NCBI GenBank assembly: GCA_000708835.1
Contig: DF237361.1
Location: 1 to 64,000, forward strand
Reading direction: 5' to 3'
DNA length: 64,000 bases
From: Klebsormidium nitens
Taxonomy: Eukaryota > Plantae > Klebsormidiophyceae
Below are positions 12,401 through 23,400 of this stretch, one piece after another (position 1 is the first letter of the stretch; every line of letters starts with the position of its first letter). A program made the translations under genes and the position numbers. Below the pieces are notes generated by a model. That model had not been told where the DNA came from and did not search any database. It was given only the letters and a program-made list of their open reading frames with translations.

Positions 12401-15400
12401 GCATTAGCCCCTGCGGTATTTGTGTGGGTCATAACTTTGCAGAGCTGGGCGTTCTGTGCAAAACGATGCTGAAGAAGCAGTCTGGGCTTGGGCAGTAGAA
12501 GTCAGCGCGTCTCTTGCTCGAGCCGTCAAAGACAAACTGCGAACATGCCTTCACTGAGGAAGTTTGACTGAAAGAAGGTCGACGTTCATGGAGTATCTCC
12601 AAAAGGAATGCCGCAACATTCCGCTTCGTCTGCATGCTTCCCTACGCCTCGACCTACTCAACAGCTTCCAACACATGCTTGGCAGGACAGCGCTGAGGTA
12701 AATGCACCACCAACACGAGAGGCCGTCTAGGCCAGCTCACCGGATGCACTGCCAGGGCGGCCAGCAATCGCAGCGCCACCGTGGCGTTTGCGGCCGCCGC
12801 AGGGGACGCGAGCAGTGCCCTTTCCAGCTCGTCTTTGGCCGCCAGCCCTAGGTCCGTATCGTCGGGCGCGTGCGCCAGGTGGTACCCCTGCAAGTTGAAC
12901 CCCAGCTCCGCAGCGGGGCCCTTCCGGAGGCCCGTCAGCAGGGCCAGCAGCTGCAGCAACGCGAGCGGCCCTTCTTTCTTCCAGACTACGGTGGGCGCAC
13001 TCCAGCTGGTGAGGACGCTGGTTAGCGGGTAGACCGAGGCGTCGGACTCGGGAACGGGAGTGTGGGACGAGGGCTGCATGCCCTGCGCCGCGATAGCAGC
13101 CTGCAGGTGGAGGCCCTGTGGGGCGGAGACAGCAAGGGCGGCGGGGCTGGGGTCGGTGAGCAGGGCTAAGAGGATCAGGCCAATGTAGTGTGGCAGGATG
13201 GACGCCTCGGGCACAGGGCTCTCGTCCGTCGCACTGGGCAGATGCGAGGCTTCAGGGGCCTGGTGCATCAGCAGCTGGAGCAGGCCCGGCAGCGCCTCTG
13301 GGAGGCTCAGAACCGCCACCACCGCCTGCCGACTCGACTCGGAAGCCGCCATCTGGCTGAGCTCCTTGGCCGCTGACAAGGCCTCAAGGGAAGCCTCCCG
13401 CACGCTCTGTTCACTCGCCCCGCCCCTCTCTTCTCCAGCCTGATGCTGGCCCCCTGCGGCAGTGAGCACCTTAGCTGCTGCCAGGAGCGCGTCGAGCAAG
13501 CTAACAGCCCGCACCCCCTCCCCGAGCAGGCGCGCCAGCTGGCACCCGCTGCACAGCTCCGTAGCCCCAATTGCAAGCATGGTCGCCAGCTGGCGCTGCG
13601 GGACCGCCCTTTCGTGCTCCAGCGTGGTGTTTCGGTCCTGCTTGCTGGCACTGCCCTCGAGTGCAATCACAAGAGCGCGCACCGAGGCGGGCTGCTCCCC
13701 AAGAAACAGTAGCCCCGCCCGCGTCTCCAGCATCGGAACTGCCAGCGCCCAGGTGGCACCCACGAGCCCCGCAGCCGCCCGCACCGTTCCCCGCTGCGCT
13801 CTCCTAACGACGGGAGACGCCAAGAGCGCTGCGAGCATCCCCAGAAGCTGCCGGTCTTTCAAGAGAGCCCACAGTGCAGGATCGCTCGCATCGCCCGTCT
13901 CCGGCCCGTGTGCTCTTGCCAAAGAGACTTCGTTGAGATCGACGCTGGTCGACAAAGATGCCATCGGCGGGGGCCAATCTCCCAGTGCCGTGTCCCCCTC
14001 AGTGACAACAGAGACAATCTCCTGCAGTAGGTTTGCTGCCATACGGATGCTTGCACCAGCGTGCCGGCGAAACTGCTGATCCTCGTCAGAAAGAAGGATC
14101 TCCCGTCCAATTTGGTTGAAGTCAGACACCAGCTCATACAGCCTCAGCCGCTTGAGGAGCCGCGCTGCGAAGAGGGCTGTCCGGCGGGGCTGGGGTTTCA
14201 GGAGAACAGAGAGAAGCGCTCCGTACGCCTTACTTGGCCCCCGCAATTTGCTCGACCCCTGCGATTGCCCATTCACTCCACGTCGCTTTTCCCCGTCTTC
14301 CCCATCAACCTCCATCGGCTCAGGTTTGGCTTCAGCCCCCGTCTTTGCTGGGCCGCTTATTCCACCCGAGGTGGCGCCGGGCAGCCACCAGCCCAGAAGT
14401 GCCTCACAGCCAAACCCGTGGCTGGTGACGCGGCTGAGGCAAGCCAGGACCCGCAGCTTGACCGCTGGCGACATCTGCTCACGGGCCAGCAGATCAATAA
14501 GCAGGGCGGCCCCTCCGTAAGCCAAAAACCGATAGCACGTCGTGACATGGGAACACGCCACCAGGCCTGCACACAGGCCCGCAGGCAACATGGAGCCCCC
14601 TTCCGCGAGCCACCGGATCGCGACCTGCACCCCACTCTCCCATGCCGTCTCCCCCGCTGCCGAACCGTCCCCGTACTCCGCGCTGGCCAGTTGACCACTA
14701 CCGGAAACGTCAGCAGGGCCCTCCGCCTCGCCCCCAAAGACTGCGCCCAAACTTGCTGCCTCGACTTGACTTGCCGCTTCTGCGATACTCGAGAGGGACC
14801 AATGGGTGCCCCGGGGGCCCAACTCTGGCCGACCTGACTGCTCCCATGCTTCCCCTGCTTGTAGCAGCGGCAGAAGCCAGGACGTTCTGCCGGCTTCCGG
14901 GGGTGAGAGAGCAAGGGCCCGCAGCCCGCTAGTGGCTCTCTTTGCGACAAACGAGGGGGCGGCATCTATGAGAAGAGGGTTTGCGGCGTTGGCAGCCTTT
15001 GCCCCAGTTGCATCCGCTTCATCAGGAATGGTGGCGCCGTAGATGATGAGTGACAGGTTCTGGTAGTTGCCACGGAACACGAGGTGGCGCGTGACCACAG
15101 GCTGTTCAGAAGAGCGGAAATTGGTTAGAAGGAAGGCGGGGCTTGATAATCATTGACAAGGAAGCCCCAGCAGATACTTGTGACTCTTACTGGACAGGTG
15201 CCCGCATGCTGACAGTCAGCAAACGTAGTTGCTACCTTCATTTACAAATCTATCAAAGTCCGCCAACTTAGAAGCAGCACACATATTGAGCGCCCACCTG
15301 CGGATCAATTGATTCCTTGCCACCGTCAGCCACCCAGGATATCTGTGGGCCCAACTTCTGAAAGTGGCTGGCGTTTTGGTCGCCATTGTGGTAGAAGACT

Positions 15401-15931
15401 TGGAGGTTAAAGGGTGGCGGAGATGTCAGACTGCACCAAGAAGCAGGACACTTGATTGTTGAGATGAGCAGAAGCGAAAGATATAAGATGCATCCACGTT
15501 TAGCGGGTTGCCAAAGACAACTTAAGAATCCTTTGCAATGCAAGTAAAGAGGTTGCATGCGGTCCTTTCGACGGTCACTGTTTCAATGCGTTTTCTCTAA
15601 CTACTAGACGTGCAAGGGGGCTGACCTGAAGAATTCCAGGAGCTCCGGTTCTGGGTTGCCGTCCTTGGGCACAATGTGGCACGCGCTGACAATCACAGGT
15701 TTCTTGAACAGAACCTGCATCAATTCAGAAAGGATATGTTTTCTACTGTCCAGCAGACAGCCTCCACTAAAGCAGCAGAACGGATCATCACCAGAAGCAG
15801 AAGCATCACCAAAAATAGACAAATGCAGGAAAACCACCATTTGGAAGAAACTGCGCCGCAGAGAAACTCACCTCGTCAACATGATCTGCAGCCGCCTCGT
15901 GCAGGAAAGAATCACAGTACAGGACTTCCAT
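6490..15931 (-). CDS. VIR: VIRILIZER (VIRMA/KIAA1429 homolog), m6A writer complex scaffold, ~2104 aa
   Basis: 13 phase-consistent exons: 15931-15872, 15714-15626, 15430-15298, 15101-12741, 12364-12265, 12004-11877, 11636-11569, 11346-11121, 10794-10576, 10337-9426, 9149-7239, 6856-6785, 6525-6490. VIR_N motifs (MEVLYCDSFLH..HVDEVLFKKPV, PVVTRHLVFRGNYQNLSLIIYG), DPFRARRQNTGRPPSMHVDDF, GRAPSIRVDDF, and C-terminal LLKDRAKMATFLAANP. Confidence 0.93.
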
Positions 15932-16115
15932 GTTGCTATGAATTTCTAAAAGCGCTCAGCCCTTGAGCTTGAACGCCATTCTGACCTCGATTGGTTGGAA
16001 TGTAGCTCCATTCAAGACGCAGCCATAATGTTGAATAACTAGGGCGAGACGCCTGTAGATTAACTGCAGGTAATTTTGAACCGTTGCCGACCGAGAATAT
16101 CCGATCCCTTACCAT

Positions 16116-16213
16116 TCCTAGTGACCGTGCTCGCTTTACGAGTCGCTACGCGGCCGCCCACATCGCGTTGGGCCGGGGCGGGCCTGCGGCCGCCAGCCAA
16201 TGATGCCAGACCG
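16116..16213. promoter_or_regulatory. Compact GC-rich putative bidirectional promoter between VIR and eEF3
   Basis: Only ~100 bp separate a minus-strand leader donor (GTAAGG at 16112) from the plus-strand ATG at 16214 and donor GTGAGT at 16236. Contains TGGGCC (site II-like), GGGCGG, CCAAT and two CGGCCGCC copies. TSS positions are inferred. Confidence 0.5.
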
Positions 16214-17409
16214 ATGGTAACGGTGTGCGGTAATGGTGAGTCGCGAGTTCACCTTGCCAGTTGTGCCAAGATTCTTTTCGAGAATCTTGACACTCCCAGG
16301 ACCTTCAAGGAGGTCTTACCGCCGCGACCCGCTGTGGAGTGTTTAGTGGATTCAGTTGGATTCCCTCTGTGTTCATAGCCGCAGCCGTTGGCTCCTGTGG
16401 AGCTTGAAGACCATGACTGCATGCAGCTGCCTCCACTTCCACTAATTGGGCTGCTCTAAACACCTCTGATTTCTGTAGGTGGTGGTGGCGCCCGTTCAGC
16501 TGGTTCAAAGGCTCTGCACAAGAGGCTGCAGCTTGTCAATCAAGCAGCAACCAGGCTTTCTTTGTGTTGCTGAAGGTGTCGTTCAGATCTAATCAGACTC
16601 GGGCTCAGTTACTGCGAAGCGTGTGAGAAAGCTTCTTGATTACAAAAGGTGAGGGCGCTTGGGTCTGTGATAGATCTGTCGTGCCAAGGTCCAACTGCAA
16701 CTGGTATGTTCTTTCTGTGTGCATATGAGCTGAAGGGACCCTCACGTGGGCTTGTTCAGGCTACAGCCTTTTTGCATGGTTTTGTTCTGATCGGCCTCGT
16801 GATGCAAGAAAGACGATGGTGGTAAACCTTGAGGAGTCTGGCTCTGTTCCTCGGTCCTTTGCTTTCTCAGCTCGGTGGTGAGACATACCTAGCAGACAAA
16901 GTGTTGGAGCCCAAAGCCCATCTCGATCAGGCTCAATCAATGGCCAGATGATTCGTAGATAGCAAATTCGGCTCAGAGATTCTGGACGGTTTCATTTGGT
17001 TGAGTTGAGCAGGAGGACATCTTTGAGCAGCTCCCTTTTTATTACTTGTGTAGCCCTGCTTGTTATCCTTTTTAGCAGTTAGAGATCTAGCAGCTGAGTA
17101 GGCTTGGTAACGTTGAGGTTAGCTGGAGGTTAGCTCCCGCTTCGGGACTGTCTGATGTTAGCTCAGATCATCCTTTTCAGACCTGGCCCTTCAGTCCAGA
17201 ATTAGGGTTTTGGTGCCTTCAACTTCTACAACGGGGCCTGTGTCTATGTCAACTTTAGAAATATTCAAAGTCCCAAATCAGTTGTCTGCTTGAAGACCTG
17301 CTAAGTCTGGTATTGGCGGAAGTATATTTTGAATAGACACCCTTCTGTTGCGTTGGAGGAGTTGTCTGATGTTTGCCCCAGCTCTGAGAAAACTGCTCAT
17401 TGTTCCAGG

Positions 17410-20400
17410 ATGAAGAAAGGGAAGGACTCAGGCAAGGGTCCGCCCCCCAAGGCGAATGGCAAGTCCACCACCCCTCCGACCACTCCTGCAAAGAGTCGGG
17501 GGGGCATAACTGTTATGAACCGCAGCGGAACCCCGCCTCCTAGTGGGGGCATCACACTTATCGGCAAAAAGGCAGAGGGTTTGACGCTGATTGGCAAAAA
17601 TGCGGAAGCAAACGGGGGGATCACCCTGATTGGAAAGAAGGCTGAGCAGAACGGTGTGCCCACTCCAATTGGGAAGAAAGCCGACACTACTGCGGGGATA
17701 TCGTTGATCCGCAAGTCCCAATCAAGCAACGAGCTGCCCCCACAAGGCTTGCCGCCGTCTGGGCGGCCAGCTTCGCAAGCCTCCTCCTCAGGGAACGCTC
17801 CGGAGGTGGCCCTTGTTCGCAGATCTCACTCAGCAACTGACATTGCGGCCCAGGAGATGGAAGAGCTCCGGCTTTACTCAGAAGGTGACCCCGGCGCTTG
17901 ACTGGTGCCTCTTGTAATCTGTTGGATTGCGCCAGACCTTTGTACCTAAGAAGAATGCACTTAAGGAACGCATTGATTAGTGCCTTACCTTCTCTGATGG
18001 GGACATTTGTCAGTTTCATACTACCCGCACTTCTGAAAGGTCGTGAGCTTGCAGTCAGGGCTCACTCGACCTTGTCTCCTCTTTGAGGTAGCGCTCTTTC
18101 GTGAAGCTGTTTGGCGTTAAAGGCTTGGTGACTAAGAGTTCAGCTGCTTTTGCTTTCCTGTGACTTTTCTTGGGCGAGATCTTTCATACATAGAATCAAA
18201 CGTCGTTCCTGGACACGTTTCCAAGAAGATTTGCAGTTTTCAAAGCACAGCAACTAATCTGATTAAGCTGCTGTCTAAGCTATGTTCAAACATCATTTGA
18301 CAACATTATTGTCTTGTGGCTGCAGAGGAGGTCCAGGACACTGCCAAGATGTGGGTGCACCTCACGGAGGGGGCCTCTGTTGGCGAGCGCCAAGGGGCGG
18401 CAGCGGCGCTGGCGGGGCAAGTGAAGGCCAACGGGATTGCGTCCCTTGAGGTGTGTGCTTCTGTTCTCAATTTCGCAAGGGGCCAATATTCAATGTCTCC
18501 CAGCCCTACTCGAACAACCTGGATGCCTTTAGGAGCTGCAAGTAGGAGGCTGCTATAGAAGTCGCATTGGACCTGGCGCTGGCTTAGGTTACTTCCTAGG
18601 TGCCTGGGACTATATATGAAGAGGCTCTTCTGATTCCTCTCCCTATCCTGCGCAGGCTGGTGGCCTGGTTGCCAAGATTGCGGAGGGCCTGCAGGACTCC
18701 AAGAACCCGCTGGTGCGCGAGGGCTCCCTGCGCTTCATCCGCACGCTAAGCGAGGTCAAGGGGAGCGCGGTGGAGCCAGTGGTGGTGCCTATGCTGCCCC
18801 AGGTGAGAGCTAGAAGAATCAGAGAAGTCTTGTACACATGCATCATTTCAGATTTGCATAGCCAGGGATTTCGGAAGGAGGCAGTGGGCTGTGGGTGGCG
18901 TTGCTGTACTTACTGGTCGGGCACTGGGAATCTCAGCCCCAGTCTGCGAGCTTGGTTGCTCTCGTGTTGCTAGCACTCATATCGTTTTCTCCCCTCGCAA
19001 AAGTATCTCTTTTTTGTAGTGGCCGAATTTCCTCAACGTAGCGTCGCTTCCGCCTCAGGTGCTGATGTTGTACTGCGACAAGTGGGTAGGTGTCCGGTCC
19101 GCTGCCGAGGCCGCTGCCACGGAGGTGGTTCGCAAGCTGAACAAGCACGCGGTCAAGGCTACCCTGCCCAGTGAGTCTGCGCTTGTTTCAGTTCTCGCTT
19201 TGAGTCGTACTGCAGTGCAACCGCTGGAGACCGAGTCTTTACTTCTGTAGCTCTTCATTGACGCTTTGAGGCCGTGTTGCTGTCACGTAGGAAGAGTTGG
19301 AGCTGTCGACGCCACTATGTTTTCGTACAAGACATAATCAGGCTCCATACTTTTTTTCTTTGGGCCGCAGCCGTATGCAAACCTTTGAGATCTGGTCTCG
19401 AGAGCAGGTCTTGTAATCGACTATTCAAAGGCCTCAAGTTGTGAGGGTCGCTGGTAGTCTTTCTTACGCCTCCGGGGACGTTTTCTTCTTCGTCCTCTCC
19501 CCACGTCTTGACCCCAGCATCTCGCTGTTGACAGTTTTCTTTGACGCCATGGAGAGCCCCAAGTTCTGGCAGGCCCAGGAGGGCAGCCTGAAGCTGATTG
19601 GGCTGCTGGCCGAGACTGCGCCCGACCAGCTGCGGGCCGCCCTGCCGGAGGTGGTTCCCCGCGTGTCCAACTACGTGGCAGACGGCAAGAAGCAAGTCAT
19701 GGAGGCAGCATATGCAGGTACGTGCTGGCACTGCAGCCCAGTGCGACTGGATAAAAGCTTGGGTTTGTCCCTGCCGTATTGACCTCGAGATTGTTCAAAG
19801 CCACGTATGCGTGTGCAGAAGAAACATGTGCCTGCACGGACGTGCACTTCCTATGCTGATCCGCTTGCACATGAGAGTCTCCGTCTAACGCTCTCGACCT
19901 CGGATTCTCAGCCGTTGCCACGATTGTGTGCAGCTTTGGACGCGTGCTTCAGCATCGTGGGCAACCGCGACATCGCCCACGTCATCCCGGACCTGGTCAG
20001 CTGCGTTGCGAGGCCGGGCGAGGTCCCGCAGACCGTCCACAAGCTGTCCGGAACCACGTTCGTACAGGTGGGCAGCCAGTCATTTGAAAGATTCGACCGT
20101 TTTGGGACAACCAGGTGCACCTACTGGTTTTCGCAGCCCTTTGTGTCGGCTTGCTCTCCGGCTGGCAGCAGTTGGAAAGTAAGTTTTGTTAGGTGGTATT
20201 TTGATTCCTGAGACTCTTAGGATAAGCATGTTCCTGCCTGCGGGGCTTCACCTGGGCACTTAAGGTGAAGCCCGTTCGCAAGAGAGTGGGCAATGCTCAA
20301 TGCTTCCATTAGAGCTCAACCAGCGGCTTTGCTGACGTGTGGCCGTTCCTACGCAGACGGTGACGTCATCGACACTGTCGGTGCTGGTGCCGTTGCTGGT

Positions 20401-23400
20401 GCGGGGGCTTAAGGAGCGCACGACGCTGGACAAGCGGCGAACCGTGGTGGTCATTGAGAACATGAGCAAGCTCGTCAAGGACGCCGTTGACGCAGCGCCC
20501 TTCATCCCGCAGCTCCTTCCAGGTGGGTCCGCACTGTTTGCTTCTATCGAGAGATTACAGTTGGGCACGAAGGAATTGGCAGCTTTGTGGGACACGGAGA
20601 TGTCCAAATCTGAAGCCGCTTTCGCACCGAAAGGCGTGCGAGAACGTGCTTCAACGGGTGACGTATGTCTGCTGGCTGCCGGGTAGATCGATCGAGAGAA
20701 AAAGCAAGCTGAGCTCACCCACTGTCGATCAGTCGGTGTGTCGTCTGCGAGTACGCGGAGGTAGATTCACACGTTCTTCATCGATGCTGATTCGTCAAAT
20801 CCGCCCGTCCTTTCTCCCAGGCTTGGAGAAGGTGTCCAACGAGGTGGCGGACCCCGAGTGCCGCGAGCGCGCGGGCGTGGCGCACAGCGTGCTCTTCAAC
20901 ATCGACAAGGAGGCCAAGGCCATCATGAACGACCCCGAGAACCAGGCGCGCAGCATCGAGCCCGCTGCCGTCATCGCCGCCCTCAAGGTCAGAACCAGGC
21001 ACCGACAAACGTAGTCAGCGAAGAAAAGGACCCTTACTAAGGCTTATGCAATTGTCATTTTCAGTCTGCGGTTCCTCACACTCTTTCAGAAAGATCTCTA
21101 TTCTCCAAGTCAGAAGTAGTGTCCTGGGCGAGCAAGCCGTTCTCTTCAGTGTCGAAGCGTCAAGTTGAACAATCTGTTTGCGTGCTGCTGCTCGCAGGAA
21201 GTTCTTCCCCCTGACACTGGGGCCGCTGCGCCGGACCTCTTTGCAAAGACGCTGGATTACGTGGCGGCGCTGTGTGTTCTCCTGCTCAAACACAAGTCGA
21301 TCGAGTTTGAAGGTGGGCACCGATAGGCTTTTTGCACCCAACTGCTCTCTACACGCTCCTTTTTTCTCTCGCCGAGCTATTTGCCTGCATAGATTATACG
21401 CAGTGCTGAGTCAGCACAGTCAGATTGCCCAAGTCAAAGTTCCGTCTCGACAGCTGTTCAATGGCAAGCAGCTGATGGCATGTCGAGTGTGCACGGCCAT
21501 TGTTAATAGGGCGTCGGATCCTGGGGTACACCCGCGCATTCGAGTCTTGAGAAAAATTCCCATCTGACGGCTCAGGTCCCATTCTGAGAAGTGTCTTGGG
21601 CGACCGAAGTAGTTCCATGGGTCAGTATCTGGTCGTCTGAGGGAGGACTGGTCTCCCGACGCCCTCTTTGCAATCCTGGTACGCTCTTGTGAGCAGCACC
21701 TCATCCCTACGCTTTCTGCGTTCGTTGCAGAGTGGTCTGGCACGGTGAGCCCGTACCTGGCGCCGTACGTGGGCAGCATGTCGGAGGCGGAGAAGGCGAC
21801 CCGCGCGCTGGTGAAGAAGCTGGAGGGCGAAGCGGACGACGACAGCGAGGAGGAGCAGGACGACGAGGAGGGGGAAGACCTCTGCAACGTCAGGTTCAGG
21901 TCAGCGCAGCGCACTTTTAAAAAGTTCCCGCAGGCTGCCCCAAACATCTGGCTCTTCTAGATTCCTGGTACCACTTTGCATAGGCAGGCTAAAGGTTTTA
22001 CTTGTAATGAGGAGCTGGCTCGGGTGCGAAGATATTTGGAACTACTTTGTGAACGTCAAGTATAGACCTCCTCTGGTTGCCGGACGGGTTGGTGGAGGAG
22101 TGCACTCAGAAAGACCTCCAGATGCTTTTCTCGCTGCAATGGGTAAGTCAACAGTTTCAGGGGTTCTCACTGCTACTGATACCGTATCTGCGTTGTCACG
22201 GCAGCCTGGGCTACGGTGGCAAGATCCTGCTGAACAACTCGCGGCTGCACCTGAAGCGCAACCGGCGGTACGGCCTGTGCGGGCACAACGGGTGCGGCAA
22301 GTCGACGCTGATGAAGGCCATGGCCAACGGCAAGCTGGACGGATTCCCGCCCCCGGACGAGCTGCGGACGGTGTACGTAGCGCACGATCTGGACGCGTCC
22401 GAAGCGGACCAGTCGGTCGTCGACCTGCTGGCGACCGACCCCCTCATCAAGGGAGTCTGTGAGTCGCCGCTCTTGTCTCGGTATTCGAGCTTTGCGTGGA
22501 GACCGGTCTGCTACGAAAGCGCTCTTTGTGAAGTTTCTCTCGTGAGCTGCCAAGGCTTGCGAGGGGGGTTGCCGTTTGCATTCGTTTGACATACTGTGAA
22601 GCGGTATTTGGAGGTCACCGGCTGGCGAGCTTACGGTGCCCGTGCGCCACTTTTCGTCCCCTCAAGACGACATCCTCTCGACTTGCGGTGCCAGCCTCGC
22701 TGACTCGGCCTGTTTCGGTTCCGCGCAGCTCGAGAGGAGATCTGCCGAGTGCTGTCGACGATGGGCTTCGACGAGGAGCGCCAGCAGCTGACCATTGCGG
22801 CCCTGTCAGGAGGGTGGAAGATGAAGCTAGCGCTCGGGCGAGCCATGCTCATGAAGGCAGATATCTTGGTACGTATCCTCCTCCACACTCTGCCCTACCG
22901 ATTTGCATTTTGCGCATCATCTTTATTCTACGATCCATTCGATGCCCTTCGCGAGTGCCGTAGCATCCTAGGGCTGGCGTTCCTTGTGTATGTGGTGATT
23001 GCTGACGTGTCGACATGCTTGGGCCGCAGTTGTTGGACGAGCCGACGAACCACATGGACGTGACAAACGTGGCGTGGCTCGTGAACTACTTGACGACCAT
23101 CCAGGTAAAACCCCCGGATGGCCCGGAGGCGAACTCGCCCTCGAATGAAGCATTTAAAACGTTGGGTTTTGATTTAAGTTGCGTGTCAGTACGATGAAAC
23201 TGACATTGCCTTAACAGCCCAAGGTCAGTGCGATAACTCTCTGTCGCATTGACATTTACGATACAAGCACCCCAGTGACCTGCCGTAGAAAGGCGGAGTG
23301 TCCAGGATATATCCAGGGGAACATCTGTCCGGGAGTGGGCTCTGGCAGACCCCCTACAATGCCCCTATCCTGGCTATGTCTGAGGCTGGTGCTGCTGTGT

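Noticed and set aside
17490-17730. Regularly spaced repeats as a possible CRISPR-like or DNA-level array
   Set aside because: Copies diverge at synonymous positions and are conserved as peptide; eukaryotic context, no cas genes.
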